64,000 bases of DNA. It comes from Octopus vulgaris. Lineage: Eukaryota. A model generated the notes under the pieces. That model was not told the DNA's origin. It ran no database searches and worked only from the letters and a program-made list of their open reading frames with translations. The translations under genes were made by a program, and so were the position numbers. Shown here piece after piece: positions 12,856 to 26,328 of this stretch. The stretch covers positions 120,218,001-120,282,000 of the forward strand of contig OX597816.1 of assembly GCA_951406725.2 (NCBI GenBank), given 5' to 3'. How positions within the stretch are numbered: position 1 is the stretch's first letter; the number at the start of each line of letters is the position of its first letter.

Positions 12856-13023
12856 CACATACAGGGTGGCCCAAAAGTAGGTTTTCAGTTATTCAACTAT
12901 CTGTTTCGCATTCATATATTTATAAAAAAAAAATGTGAAACCATTATTCTATGCTAATTTCATTAATTTGGTCAAGCTCCCTTTTCAGTTTGTAAGATAG
13001 AAATTTAAATGTAATAAAATGTT

Positions 13024-14002
13024 TTAGGAGCTTTTTAATCCCACTAATGTAAAATATTTTGGTTTCAACTCTGAAATGTCAGTTTCGACCTCCTCCTGGC
13101 TTGCGAAAGTTATGTCTCCCAAATGATCCTGTACACTACGAAACAAATGGTAGTCTGAAGGAGCAAGGTCGGGAGAATAAGGTGGATGAGGAATTTTTTC
13201 CCAACTAATCTCTTCAATCTTCTGTGATGTGATCTTTGCAGTGTGGAGTCGCACATGTTCCTGATGAAACATTACTCCTTTTCGATTCACTAAAGCGGGC
13301 CTTTTTTTCTTCAAAGCTTGGTTCAAACGCTCTAATTGCTGACTTGAGCATTGATCGTTGCATTAGTTGGTAACAATTCAAAGTGAATTACTCCTTTGCA
13401 ATCCCACCAGATAGAGAGAAGAACCTTTTTCCCATAAAGTTCCCTTCTCAGTTGTGGTTGAGCTTTTCCCCTTTTACCAAGCCTCTGTTTACGACGTTTA
13501 ATATTTCGATAGAAAATCCATTTTTTGTCACCAGTCACAAGTCTATCCAAAAAGGGTGAAATGAGTTCGCGAGTATGGAGAGAAGAGCAGATGTCAACTC
13601 GGGATCTGCGGTTGCTTTCGGACAATTCAGGAGGACCCCATTTTCCAAGTTTAGGAACCTTTCCAAGTTGTTGAAGATGACGATGAACAGTTGTATGGTT
13701 TGAACTAACCTTTTACTGCCAATTCTTCAACTGATAATGCAGGATTTTCTTCAAGTAATTCCTCAAGGAGCTTATCATCAAACTCAACTGGACGTCCTGT
13801 TCAATCTTCATCTTCAAGGCTGAAATCTCCACTTCTGAATTTTGCAACCCATCTCCTGCAACTTCTTTCATTCAAGCATTCTTTCCCATAAACTGAGTGT
13901 ATATTTCGAATCGCTTCGGCTGCAGAGTCTCCTTTTTTGTACTACGTGCCTTAAATGTATTTTTTGCATTACGTGCCTTAAATGCTCTTTGGATACTTCC
14001 AT
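13024..14002 (-). pseudogene. Near full-length mariner (DD34D) transposase pseudogene
   Basis: Starts MEVSKEHLRHV at 14002. Contains the KLGKWV(P) linker, RLVTGDKKWIFY, LSIWWD, a degenerate HDNARPH (HQEHVRLH) and HPPYSPDLAPSDYHLF. Frameshifted. Confidence 0.9.
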
Positions 14003-14576
14003 GTTAGAAAGGGTTTTAATCAAAGAAATTTTAATTCTATTATTCTATAAAATAATATTTAATTAGTTTAAATGTACACAAATGCATAAAATAATTTTTA
14101 CTTCCATTAGACATTCTAATATACTATTAAATTTCATTCAATTTTAAAAAAGGTAAAATCGGCTTGATGCCCGATCATGATGTTAATGGGATGACCTGAT
14201 AGAAGGCCACCTTGGTAAATTCTCCACCACGTTATTCTTTTAAGTCTAAGGTCATCATCATCCAATGTACTATAACCATCAGGAGTTGTTGATAGTTTGC
14301 AGTTGTAACAGTTGCAGGGTGGTACCACACAGGTAACTAGCGTGGTGCCACTCTGCATCTGATGCAACTTCGTCTCAACTGAGTGGACTGGAGCAACGTG
14401 AAATTAAGTGTCTTGCCTGAGGATACAATGCACCGACTGGTTCACGAATCGAACCCACAACATCATGATTGGGCACCCAACAGCATAACCACTGGGCCAT
14501 GTACTTTAAGCTTTCATAAATTTTGGTTCATTTTATTTAACTGCTGGGAAAATTTCTATTCTAAATATAGAATAAA

Positions 14577-15835
14577 CAGGGTGTCCCCACGAAATATATA
14601 TATGAACATTGAATGAGTATATGATTATAGAGCCAGTGTTTATTTTTATAAATGCCTGTTTTCAAATTGATGATCGTTCTGGTCCAGGCACTGCTGATAA
14701 CGCGAAGCAATAGATTAGCAAACACCAAGAAACATTTCATATTTGTGCGTATTCTTGTTCAATGACTGCTCTCATTCGCTGTTTCCGGTTTTGTTCTGTA
14801 AACTTTATCTTTTAAGTAGCCTCATCAGGAAAAGTCTAATGGTGTGAGGTCAGGTGAACACAGAAGGCATTCTATTGAACTTTTTTCGTCCAATCCATCA
14901 GTTTGGCAAAATCTCATCAAGGTAAGCTATTACTTTACGATGGTCGTGTAGGAATGCCTTCATCTAGCTGGAAATAAAACTCTATATTTTCTAAGTCCTT
15001 TTGAATGTTTGGCATTCAATGGCATTGTCGCAGCAAGTTCAATTAAATAGGACAAGTCAAAGTACCATAAAAAAAGAATAGTCCGATTAATCTATTTGAT
15101 AATCTATTTGATTAATCTATTTGATAAGCCACACTCTATTGTAATTCCTGATAAATTAACATGATGTTCTCCGTAATATGCAAACAAACAGAACCTGATA
15201 GCACCTATGATTTCTATTCCTAAACTCACTTATGTTCTTTAAGTTTTGATTAACAATGCTCCTGTGTCATTCATGAGAGAAGGCATTAAAACAAGACGAT
15301 CTTCCCCAACAGTCATCAAGAAGCTACCATTGTCTGTTTGACCAAGCCATTTAATTTAAATGTAACCTCGTCACTCCAAGCAATCTTTGCTGGACAGTCA
15401 AGTACCACTCACAAAAACCACTTTTCGGTCCGAATCATCTTCATTGAGAGCATGGACTGTTTTTGGAAGGTAACTTTTCCAATGACAGTGCTATGGACAC
15501 TTGACTTTGAAATTTAGTATCCTACTACTCGCTTTGCGCACAGATATTCTTGAACGCTGACAATACATTTCTAGCACATCTTTTTTTTTTTTTTGCTTTT
15601 GGGGAATGGTCGATGTCGTTGTTTTCCAGAACATTTCTTGTGGACATTCTGAACAGTTCCATTTGTTTCACACCTATCTCTAATTTTAGTGTTGGTAAGT
15701 GGTGGATCTGTTTGAACCTCCTTCCTAAACTGCTTTTGCAGTTCAGCTGCATTTTTGAGATTTCCAGTAGTATTTTAGGAGAAATCTCCTTTGTTTAAAG
15801 TTTAGTCTGGTTCCCTTCTTTATTTGTGTAATGAA
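14577..15835 (-). mobile_element. Tc1/mariner-superfamily element, rosa/DD41D-like, degraded
   Basis: Minus strand RLNFKQRRFLLKYYWK (N-terminus), IAWSDEVTFKLNG, FYFQLD and SPDLTPLDF..GYLKDKVY. TIR-like cagggtgtcccca at 14577. Confidence 0.7.
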
Positions 15836-15845
15836 CAATGTGTAA

Positions 15846-16062
15846 GGTGGCGAGCTGATAGAATTATTAGCACGCCGGACAATATGCTTAGCGGCATTTC
15901 GTCCGTCTATACGGTCTGAGTTCAAATTACGCCGAGGTAGACAATGGCTTTCATCCTTTCATGGTCGATAAAATAAATAGCAGTTAGCACCAGAATCAAT
16001 GTAATCAACTAACCCCTTCTTTCCAAAAGTTTCAGGCTTTGTGCCTATAATAGAAGAGATTA
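15846..16062 (+). mobile_element. tRNA-derived SINE, family A
   Basis: ggtggcgagctg..agaa..ttagcacgccgg head, gagttcaaatt B-box-like motif and ctttcatccttt...gtcgataaa core. Other copies at ~5620-5790, 24447-24637(-), 47954-48890, 54006-54235 and 57325-57536(-). Confidence 0.75.
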
Positions 16063-17496
16063 TTTCTAGTGGGTTAAATTTAAAAAGAAATGAAAATTAA
16101 TGAGTTATTAACTGTTATTGTGTTTATACATTTGAATATTTTGAGAATTCTTTTTATTTTTCAAACTCTTTTCCATGATGATTTTTCACAGTTGACAATT
16201 ATTTTTTACTGATAAATTAATGGTACGTAGAGTTTTGTACAGTAGAGATTTGAACCCCAAACGCAAAATCACCAGTTCGCTATCATTAATGAACCTCACC
16301 ATTTTCACATGAGCAACCTAAATAACAGCCAATAAGCTTGAAGCCATGTTGTGAACATCATCTTGAATGTTCTTGAGATTCGCACCCTTTCCTTTTAGTT
16401 AATCAGTTTAGCGCCTAAATCACAACAGAGAGTAGTTGGAAGCCGAAGGATTCATACCTTTCGTCAAAAGCTTGACTAGGACAGAGCACTGTTGGCATTT
16501 CAAGCTGGGCATTTCTCAGCCCTCGCCAAGCAAATCAAGGAGGCAACTTCAACCACTTCGGCATTCTCTCATTTTCAAAATAACTATTGGCCTAGAAAAT
16601 ACAGTGAAGTTGCTCCCTGCATCATAGTCTCATAGTAATTGATAATTTATGTATGTATACACGCCTAGCCTTCTTTTAATAAAATCTGTTGTTGAATGTT
16701 TGCGGGTTTGTTTTTCTTGTAATATACACTGTCAGCCTTAACTCACACCATGATTGATATAGTAACACCATCAACTTTGACATTGACGCCACACGTACAC
16801 CAACAGCGGCAGTATCAATGCTGTTCTGTAAGTCAACAGTGATTCTAATAAACAGAGGTATAAACAGCAGCTTTGTGAACACAAAAAGAAGGATCAGCCG
16901 GATTTATTTCAATCCGGTATTGAAATTTATTAATGATTCGGCGCTTTTCTTCTTAAAAATCCACACAATGACTTCTTATAAACTCACTATTACTATTGGC
17001 TTAAGTAATTAGTAAAGTGGTCTCTCCGATTCTTTTAATTTTAAAGAAATAGTTGAGCAATGAGCTGTGACTGTGTAGACAGTTAAAAAGGGTACTCAGC
17101 CCCTGATGAAATTCCAAATTAGCAGTGAAACTACTCACTTTTTTCTCTGTCCATGAGTATATTATATGTAGAGTAAAATGTCTACGTCCGTTTATGACTT
17201 AGAATGTTGGCTAGAATCTATAAATATAATTTCTTGTAGAGGATAGAATTATTGCTTTGTTTATTCAACTGAGAATTCAAAGTAGGTCATTTTACACACA
17301 CACACACACACACTGTTAATTTCCTTGATAAGAGCATAAAAACTACTGTCTCATGCAAAATATAATTTACTGATATATGTGCGCACGCGTGTTCGTACAC
17401 ATACATACATACATAATACATACACACACAATTTAATAAACCCAATATATGATTTATCAGCTATATTAGTTTCATGTACTGAGGATATGCCAATAG

Positions 17497-17558
<62 letters not shown>

Positions 17559-17560
<2 letters not shown>

Positions 17561-17698
17561 TTCAGCAAAAATTTAGATTCAAATGAATATGGTACTTAAT
17601 TTAGATGCACCAGAATTCTGTATGGTGTTATCCATAAAAATCCGTGGGGTGATTATAATCAAAATATATGTTGCTTATTTTGAGTATATATATTTTGA

Positions 17699-17751
<53 letters not shown>

Positions 17752-17876
17752 TTCAGCAAAAATTTAGATTCAAATGAATATGGTACTTAATTTAGATGCA
17801 CCAGAATTCTGTATGGTGTTATCCATAAAAATCCGTGGGGTGATTATAATCAAAATATATGTTGCTTATTTTGAGT
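17559..17876. repeat. Exact ~127 bp direct duplication separated by (TA)n, period 191 bp
   Basis: agttcagcaaaaatttag...tattttgagt occurs at 17559-17685 and again at 17750-17876. Confidence 0.9.
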
Positions 17877-18128
17877 ATATATATATCTTCCTATACTTAT
17901 TTTACTTATTGAATTGCAGTTATATGATGAGGCACCGCGTTGAAGGGTTTAATCCATCAAATCCAGTTATTATTTTGTTGCGTCTAGTATTTATTCTATC
18001 GGTGTATTTTTGCTGGACTGTTAAGTTACGGGGGTATAAACAAACCAATACCAGCTATCAACCAGTTACCAAAACAAACCCAAAGACGCACATATATACA
18101 CACATATATATATATACATATATATAAG

Positions 18129-18668
18129 CCGACTGGCTTCTGTGCCGGTGGCACATAAAAAGCACCATCCGAACGTGGCCGATGCCAGCGCCGCCCCGAC
18201 TGGCTCCTGTGCCGGTGGCACATAAAAAGCACCATCCGAACGTGGCCGATGCCAGCACCGCCCCGACTGGATCCTGTGCCGGTGGCACATAAAAAGCACC
18301 ATCCGAACGTGGCCGATGCCAGCGCCGCCCCGACTGGCTTCTGTGCAGGTGGCACATAAAAAGCACCATCCGAACGTGGCCGTTGCCAGCCCCGCCTTAG
18401 CTGGCTTCCGGGCCGGTGGCACGTTACAAGCTCCAACCGATCGTGGCCGATGCCGGACCCCCCTGGCACCTGTGCAGGTGGCACGTAAAAAGCACTCACT
18501 ACACTCGCGGAGTGGTTGGCGTTAGGAAGGGCATCCAGCTGTAGAAACTCTGCCAGATCAGACTGGAGCCTGGTGCAGCCCCTGGCTTCCCAGACCCCGG
18601 TCGAACCGTCCAACCCGTGCTAGCGCGGAAAACGGACGTTAAACGATGATGATGATGATGATGATGAT
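18129..18668 (+). mobile_element. SINE/RTE-type retroposon with internal 67-bp tandem repeat (4 near-perfect plus ~2 degenerate units)
   Basis: Unit ccgactggcttctgtgccggtggcacataaaaagcaccatccgaacgtggccgatgccagcgccgcc starts at 18129, 18196, 18263 and 18330. Same 3' tail as 3864-4121. Confidence 0.85.
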
Positions 18669-18723
18669 ATATATATATATATATATATACACGTATAATA
18701 TACACACGTATATATATACACAC

Positions 18724-18789
<66 letters not shown>

Positions 18790-18885
18790 GATAAAAAAAA
18801 CGAAGGACAAACACAAGGAAACAGCAACGCGACGACGTGGTACATGCAAAGTATTAGCAGACGCTCAGGGAAGGAAAGAAAAGTG

Positions 18886-18920
18886 GTTTTACGTTTCGAG
18901 CAAAGCTCTTCTTCAGAAAC
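18886..18920 (-). ncRNA. Minimal type I hammerhead ribozyme motif
   Basis: Minus strand guuu-CUGAAGA-a-GAGC uuu GCUC-GAAAC-GUA|aaac. Intact core, extra A after A9, loopless palindromic stem III (ACGU). Confidence 0.65.
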
Positions 18921-19546
18921 AGGAGGCAGAGGATAGGCCAAGATAAAAGGAAGGAGGAAAAATATCGCCAACGATTCATATGTAGTTACATTTTTAAATG
19001 TATGTATGTATGTAAGTATGTATGTATGTATGTATGTATGTATGTATGTATGTATGTATGTATGTATGTATGTATGTATGTATGTATGTATGTATGCATG
19101 CATGTATGTATGTATGTATGTATGTATGTATGTATGTATGTATGTATGTATGTATGTATGTATGTATGTATGAGTGTATGTGTGTGCGTGTGTGTGTGTG
19201 TACTTGTGTGTATGTATACATGCATAAACACATACATACGTACATGCATGCATACATACATACATACATACGTACATACATAAATACATACATACATACA
19301 TACATACATACAAACAAAGCGCTTTCACAGAGTTTCCATTCATCAAATCCTCTCACAAGACATTGGTAGGAGATATTTAACCATACTGTCATGTAGTGGA
19401 ATTGAACTCCAAAACACGTGGTTGCGAAATAATCTTCTTAGCGGGACAGTCCTCCCGAATGAAACCGCAATTCCACCTGGTCTCTAACTATTCGCTCGTT
19501 GTTTTTTCTCCAACCACTTTTCTTTTCCATTATCTGCCTTATTCTT

Positions 19547-19571
19547 CTGATGAAGGACTAGTGTCCGAAAC
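19547..19571 (+). ncRNA. Partial hammerhead motif (core plus stem II, cleavage side lost)
   Basis: CUGAUGA-a-GGAC uagu GUCC-GAAAC, with no GUH or stem I after it. Confidence 0.4.
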
Positions 19572-19691
19572 AACTCCTTACCTTCTTTTTAAGTATTAAT
19601 CTTATACAACATTTGTTCAAACTTATCCCTCCTGTGTTGTCCTCTTTCATTTTATGTTCGTCGTTTTCATGTGTGCGTGCGTGCACACATA

Positions 19692-19809
<118 letters not shown>

Positions 19810-19881
19810 GGTTAAAAAGGAACACACAAGTTGAGAAGTATAAGGAAAATGCTAAAATAATTTTATCATGAAGTATATTTT

Positions 19882-19916
19882 AGTACCGGTTTCAGTCATT
19901 GCGACTTTTTCAACTT
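19882..19916 (-). ncRNA. Minimal hammerhead motif, U3-A8 core variant
   Basis: Minus strand ag-UUGAAAA-AGUC gcaau GACU-GAA-ACCGGU-A|cu. Palindromic stem III, but stem I has only ~2 bp. Confidence 0.5.
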
Positions 19917-20282
19917 GGAGTAAAGTATGGAAAAACTAAATGAAATGTTTTTTTAAAAAATATATTTCCATACTTTTCAAATGCAAGGGACATTTTCCTT
20001 TTTTTCTGCTTGTCTCTGTCTCTCCTTTTTTTACTCCTGTGGGTTCGAGGTAGTTAACAACAGCTAGTTTGATATGAATTCTTGTCTTCATATCGAACTA
20101 GCTGCTGCTAACTACCCAGTACTCACAAGAGTAAAAAAGAGAGACAGAGGCAAGCAGAAAAAAGGAAAATGTCCCATGCATTTGAAAACTATGGAAATAT
20201 ATTTTTCTAAAAAACTTTTCATTTAATTTTTCCATAATTTAATTGTTTTTCATACTTTACTGTAAGTTGAAAAAGTCGCAAT
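19898..20282. repeat. ~385 bp imperfect palindrome, 8-nt loop at 20079-20086
   Basis: cagctagtttgatatgaa-ttcttgtc-ttcatatcgaactagctg at the centre. Arms extend out to attgcgactttttcaactt / aagttgaaaaagtcgcaat. Confidence 0.9.
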
Positions 20283-20501
20283 ACACACACACACGCACGC
20301 ACACACACATACACACACATACACACACATATATATATATATACATGTATGTATATATACATATATATATATATATACATGTACATATACATATATATAT
20401 GTATATATACATATATATATGTATATATACATACATATATATATACATGTATATATACATAGATATGTATATACATACATATATATATATACATACATAT
20501 A

Positions 20502-20545
<44 letters not shown>

Positions 20546-20828
20546 GATGTATATATATATGTATATTTATATATGTATATGTGTGTATGTTTGTACCCCC
20601 ACCATTGCTTGACAACCGATATTGCCGTGTTTACGTTCCCATGACCTAGCGGTTCGTCAAAAGGCACTGATAGAATAAGTACTAGGCTTACAAAGAATAA
20701 ATCCTGTGGCCGATTGTTTAGATTTAGGCGGTGCTCCAGCATGGCCGCAGTCACATGACTGAAACAAGTGAAACAATAAAAAAAAACTATGCCATTTTAA
20801 TCCCGACCAATGGTGGGTATCTCTGCAA

Positions 20829-20879
<51 letters not shown>

Positions 20880-20979
20880 ATCCAAACAAGAAAACACCCC
20901 CAAAAAAAAACACAACAACGCGAGGACGTGGAACAAATATAGTATTATTGAACGCTAAGGAAAGAAGGGAAGAAGGAGG

Positions 20980-21014
20980 GTTTAACGTTTCGAGCGGAGC
21001 TCTTCGTTGGAAAC
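20980..21014 (-). ncRNA. Degenerate minimal hammerhead motif, same family as 18886
   Basis: Minus strand guuu-CCAACGA-a-GAGC ucc GCUC-GAAAC-GUU-aaac. The core is mutated. Confidence 0.45.
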
Positions 21015-21134
21015 ATTAGGAGAAGGAAAGATCTCGAGAAGGGAAGACAGAGGAAAAAAAATCGCCAACGGTACACACGAGGTCGTGTGTGTGTGTATAT
21101 GTGTGTGTGTGTATATATATATATGTGTGTGTGC

Positions 21135-21166
<32 letters not shown>

Positions 21167-21208
21167 TTCTGTCTAAATCTATCTATCTACCTATCTATCT
21201 ATCTATTC

Positions 21209-21272
<64 letters not shown>

Positions 21273-21281
21273 GTCTGTCTA

Positions 21282-21312
<31 letters not shown>

Positions 21313-21329
21313 GCACATGTTTATTTCCC

Positions 21330-21379
<50 letters not shown>

Positions 21380-21501
21380 CTCTTTCTCTCTCTTTCATAT
21401 GTATATAAAACAAATTTTATTTCGAAAGACTAACGACGATGCATGACTTGAGAGTAAACGCTTGAGTAACTAAATTCGAAGAGCATTTTATAGTTATATC
21501 G

Positions 21502-21880
21502 AGGAGTGGCTGTGTGGTAAGTAGCTTGCTTACCAACCACATGATTCCGGGTTCATTCCCACTGCGTGGCACCTTGGGCAAGTGTCTTCTACTATAGCCT
21601 CGGGCCGACCAAAGTGGATTTGGTTGACGGAAACTGAAAGAAACCCGTCGTATATATGTATATATGTATGTGTGTGTATTTATGTGTTTGTGTTTGTCCC
21701 CCCAACATCACTTGACAACCGATGGTGGTGTGCTTACGTCCCTATAAATTAGCGGTTCGGCAAAAGGGACCGATAAAATAAGTACTAGGATTAAAAAGAA
21801 TAAATCCTGGGTTCGATTTGCTCGACTAAAGGCGGTGCTCCAGCATGGCCACAGTCAAATGACTGAAACAAGTAAAAGAG
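21502..21880 (+). mobile_element. tRNA-derived SINE, family B (bipartite, internal microsatellite)
   Basis: Head aggagtggctgtgtggtaagtagcttgcttaccaaccacatg..tccgggttca and 3' end gctccagcatggcc.cagtcaaatgactgaaacaagtaaaaga. Partial copies at 20590-20780, 33165-33440(-), 37005-37500(-), 53232-53380 and 54375-54560. Confidence 0.8.
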
Positions 21881-21970
21881 AAAGGAAAAGATAGATAGAT
21901 AGATAGATGTAGAGATAGATAGACAGATAGATAGACAGATAGATAGATAGATAGATTGATAGATAGATAA

Positions 21971-22032
<62 letters not shown>

Positions 22033-22452
22033 GTTGGATCATAACCGCTCTCCAATTATATTTCTTTCTTATAGCTTTTCTGTTAATAACGTCTAATGCA
22101 AATGAAGAACATTGTGTATATCGCTGAAAATCTAAACCTAAAATCTTGGGTTACATTTCAGGCCTAAATAGTATTTTTATCAGTTTTTATTTACTGCCAG
22201 TTCTAATTATATCACAGCATATAAGAGGAGTTTCACCTTTCTCTATTATCGCACGCAGGAAAAGGTCAGCCTGTAGCATATATTCTTTCTCTTAAAATCA
22301 CAGTATCAACCTCTTGTACTATCCTAGGCAAGGTACGACCAAAACACTGTGAAGTCGGACAAGATACATATAAGTTGTGAGTTTTTAAGAAACCTCAAAT
22401 CGACTCCAAATTTTCATGTCAGTGTTACAACAACAACAACAACAACAACAAT

Positions 22453-22505
<53 letters not shown>

Positions 22506-22507
<2 letters not shown>

Positions 22508-22792
22508 TATGACAGGTTAGCTTGGGAAGTTAAGCAGTTGTGGTCGATGGAAAAGGTAGCAGTAGTACCAATAATTGTCGGAACCCTGCAAACAGTGAGC
22601 AAAAATCTCGAGAAGTACGTGGAATAAATAGGGACTGCAATAAAGGTGGAGCACTTGCAGAAAACAGCACTGCTTGGAACCGCTCGAATACTTCGGAAGG
22701 TGCTCGAAAAATAAGGTGTTACTTTAGTTCACTGGTAGTGAGCAGCTGACACAGTAGTACATCACCAGTGTTAGATGCTGTGCAAAGGCAAT
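22506..22792 (+). mobile_element. R4/Dong-like RLE non-LTR retrotransposon 3' end, flanked by (AAC)n
   Basis: YDRLAWEVKQLW...VVPIIVGTL...LQKTALLGTARILRKVLEK*, then a short 3' UTR and (AAC)n(AAT)n. Confidence 0.8.
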
Positions 22793-22795
22793 GAT

Positions 22796-22856
<61 letters not shown>

Positions 22857-22898
22857 GCAATAATAATAATAATAATAATAATAATGATAATAATAGAA

Positions 22899-24385
22899 GT
22901 AGAACAAATCTAGGAATGGCCTGGATTGACAATCGCAAAGCGTACGATATGATTCCACATTCGTGGATCATGGAGTGGAATGTAACGTATTTCCTGAAGA
23001 GAAACACGTTACATTACACGTTACAAGATATTTTGTCCCACAACTATACCAATGGTGGGGTGGAAAACTGAACTGACATCTTACGGAAAAAGCTTGGGTA
23101 TTAGAAGAAGGATTTTCCAGGGTGATAGCCTATCCCCGTTGCTTTTTGTTCTCTGTATGATACCGCTGACCTTGGTACTTAGGAAAATGAATCTGGGGTA
23201 CCAACTAAAGGAAAAATCCCAAACAATCAACCACCTCCTCTCCATAGATAATTTGAAACTGTATGGCAAAAATGAGACACAAGTGAGTTCCTGCATGAAA
23301 ATGGTCCACTGTTTTAATACTGTTATTAGAATGGAATATGGACTCAAGAAGTGCAGAATAATCTACCTAAAAAGAGGCACAAATAGAATTACCGAATAAA
23401 GACTTGATTAAGCAAATTGAAATGGAAGAATACAAGTACCTTGGTGTACTAGAGTTCAACGAGATAATGGAAAAGGAAATGAAAGAGCAACTGAGGATGG
23501 AGTATTTCCGAAGACTGAGGTTGGTGTTGCGCTCAAAATCGACTGGATGGAATAAAATCCATGCAGTTAATACGTGGGCGATAGTATCACCTTGGTATGG
23601 AGCGGGAATTATAAAATGGCAAAAGAGAGAAGTGAAGAAAATGGATACCAAGACCACAAAATGTTGACAGTATACGGAGCCTTCAACCCTAAGAGTGAAA
23701 CCGATAGGCTGTACCTCTTCAGAAGAAAGGGTGGGAGAGGTTTGATCAGTTGCCAGACTGTATCGAAACAGCGGAAAACAGCCTAGGGTGGTATATAAAA
23801 AATGCCGTGGGGCCACTGTTGAAACACACGAAGAAGGCCGGCGTCATCAATACTGAAAATTGTGTAAGTAAAGAAAGATTTAAACAAGAAATGAAGAAAA
23901 AGGAAAAAAGAAAAAGTATGGAAGGATAAGAAAATGTACGGCCAGTTTGCAAGAGATGTGAACGCCAAGATATACAGAAGACCGGTGGCTATGGATGAGG
24001 AGGAGTGACCTGAAGATAGAGACAGAAGCACTCATATGCGCAGCTCAGGAACAAGCTTTAAGGACCAGTTGTATGAATTGCAGAATAGATAACTCTACAG
24101 GATGTGTGGTGAGAGGGTGAAACGGTATGACACAAAAGAAGCCATGACAATGTGGCAAGAATGATCCATTGGGAGCTCTGTGGAAATTACGGCCTACAAA
24201 GAGCAAAGACGTGATATGAGCCAACACCAGAAAGAGCAACCGAAAATAAAAATTGCAAAATCCTGTGGAATGCAATGATTCAGTACGATCACCTGACCAG
24301 ACATTGGAAACCGGACATTGTTGTGTGGTGAATAAAAAAGAAGGAACATGTATGGTGATCGACACTGCATGCCCCGGTGACAACA
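22899..24385 (+). mobile_element. R4/Dong-like non-LTR retrotransposon fragment (RT, CCHC region, restriction-like endonuclease), inactivated
   Basis: AWIDNRKAYDMIPHSWI, IFQGDSLSPLLF, INHLLSIDNLKLY (degenerate YMDD), YKYLG, RLYL.RRKGGRGL, ETEALICAAQEQAL and KPDIVV. Many frameshifts. Confidence 0.9.
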
Positions 24386-25176
24386 ATTTTTTTGTATGTG
24401 CATGTATGTGTATGTACGTGTATGTGTGAGTATGTGTGTGCATATATTGGGTTCAAATTTGGACACAAGGCCAGCAATTTTACTAGGAGGGATAAGTCGA
24501 TTACATCGACCCCAGTTCTCAGCTGAAGCTTATATCGACCTCGAAAGGATGAAAGGCAAAGTCAACCTCTGCGGAATTTGAACTCAGAATGTAAAGACGA
24601 ATGAAATGGCGCTAACGATTCTGCCAGCTTGCCGCCTCCTGTGTGTATATATTAATATATGTTAGTATATATGTAATTATATGTATATGTGTGTATGTAT
24701 ATAAATGTATGTGTATCAATTTATTAATCTTTACAAGGAATGACAGTGGCTTCGAAGTTTCGGCTTGCTTACTGTCACCAAACTGGTTTACATTGTATCT
24801 TCCTCGTTTTATATTATTTTTGGCAGGTTGTTCTTTTGGTAGCTGGAGTAATGTGAATGAAAATTCGCGGTGGTGTAGGTAAACAGGGAAAGTGGTTGCG
24901 CAGGAAGAGAGAAACAGCGCGCCATATTCCTGTTGTACTTTATTCTTTGCCATTCAAATATAGATTTCTAATATGGACACGCAAGTGATATAACTAAATA
25001 GCACAAAGCATTTTGTCCCACAACTATACCAATTATGCAACCGCTTTAAGAATCGACTATTGGCATCAGACTTGTTCAATAGCAGTAAATTGTCTACCTC
25101 ATTGTGGCACGCACTAGATTCGAAAAGAGGCTTATGAATTGCAGACCAAACAGTTAAGTTGCTCACCAGTTCAGTT

Positions 25177-25284
25177 CTATTGACGTAGTATAACTATAAT
25201 ATAACCAATTATTGCAAACATCTAGGCTATTGACGTAGTATAACTATAATATAACCAATTATTGCAAACATCTAGGCTATTGAC
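25177..25284. repeat. 50-bp tandem duplication (2 copies plus a partial)
   Basis: ctattgacgtagtataactataatataaccaattattgcaaacatctagg at 25177 and 25227, and ctattgac at 25277. Confidence 0.9.
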
Positions 25285-25941
25285 TACAGCACAGTGTTGT
25301 ATCAAATCAATAGTATCTATTATATAGCTAACCACTTTGATGCTTTCGTTTCTTTCTATATAATACTAGACATAAACATTCGTTCCATTGACGCTGGACC
25401 TCTCACTAAACAAAGTAGGTTGAAAAATAGTTCTAATTTGAGATTTCTCTTTCATATAAATCTGAGGAGTCAGTTTGAATTGAAATTACGAGAAATTAAA
25501 TTTATTTCGGACATGAAATGTTGCCAAACACGGAAAGTTCCCAAAGAATTAGATTGAGGAGGTGAGTAGGTAGGGATCCATCCAAGTTTATTGACGGCAC
25601 ATATAAAACTCCAATATCTTAATAATCAATTCGAATAAAGTATAAACACGTTCAGACAACACACACCCTACATTACAAACCACAAAAACTACGCACAAAA
25701 TACACACGCACGTACACATTCATACACTCACACACACATATACACATGCAGTTGTGAATATCTATCAAGTTTAATTCGGATTTGCACAGCAAATAAAGAT
25801 TTAGTGCTCATATTGTCAAATAACGTCTCTGTATAAATTGAATAAACATCGATATTTTTATTTAGTAGAATAACAAAATTAAGAAAGGTTGTTGACTGAC
25901 CCGGCATTTAATACACATACGCGTGCGGGCGCAGACGCATC

Positions 25942-26010
<69 letters not shown>

Positions 26011-26122
26011 TTTGTGTGTGTGTGTTTGTGTGTGTGTATGTGTGTTGCAGAGTACCTAAAACAATTGGTAAAAGTATGTCACATGTTACCTCGTCATTCT
26101 TGTTTAGGAGTGACGGCTATGA

Positions 26123-26191
<69 letters not shown>

Positions 26192-26196
26192 GTCTA

Positions 26197-26233
<37 letters not shown>

Positions 26234-26297
26234 ACATACATGCATGCATACATACATGCATACATACATACATACATACATACATACATACATACAT

Positions 26298-26328
<31 letters not shown>

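Noticed and set aside
17090-17160. CTGATGA...GAAAC...GTC hammerhead-like string
   Set aside because: Stems II and III do not pair convincingly. It may be a decayed Penelope end but cannot be supported.
18129-18400. CRISPR-like periodicity
   Set aside because: Whole 67-bp units repeat with no variable spacers, the context is eukaryotic and there are no cas genes.
21502-21570. tRNA-like heads (also 29540, 53733, 54006)
   Set aside because: They are followed by SINE bodies and do not form a full cloverleaf, so they are SINE heads rather than tRNA genes.
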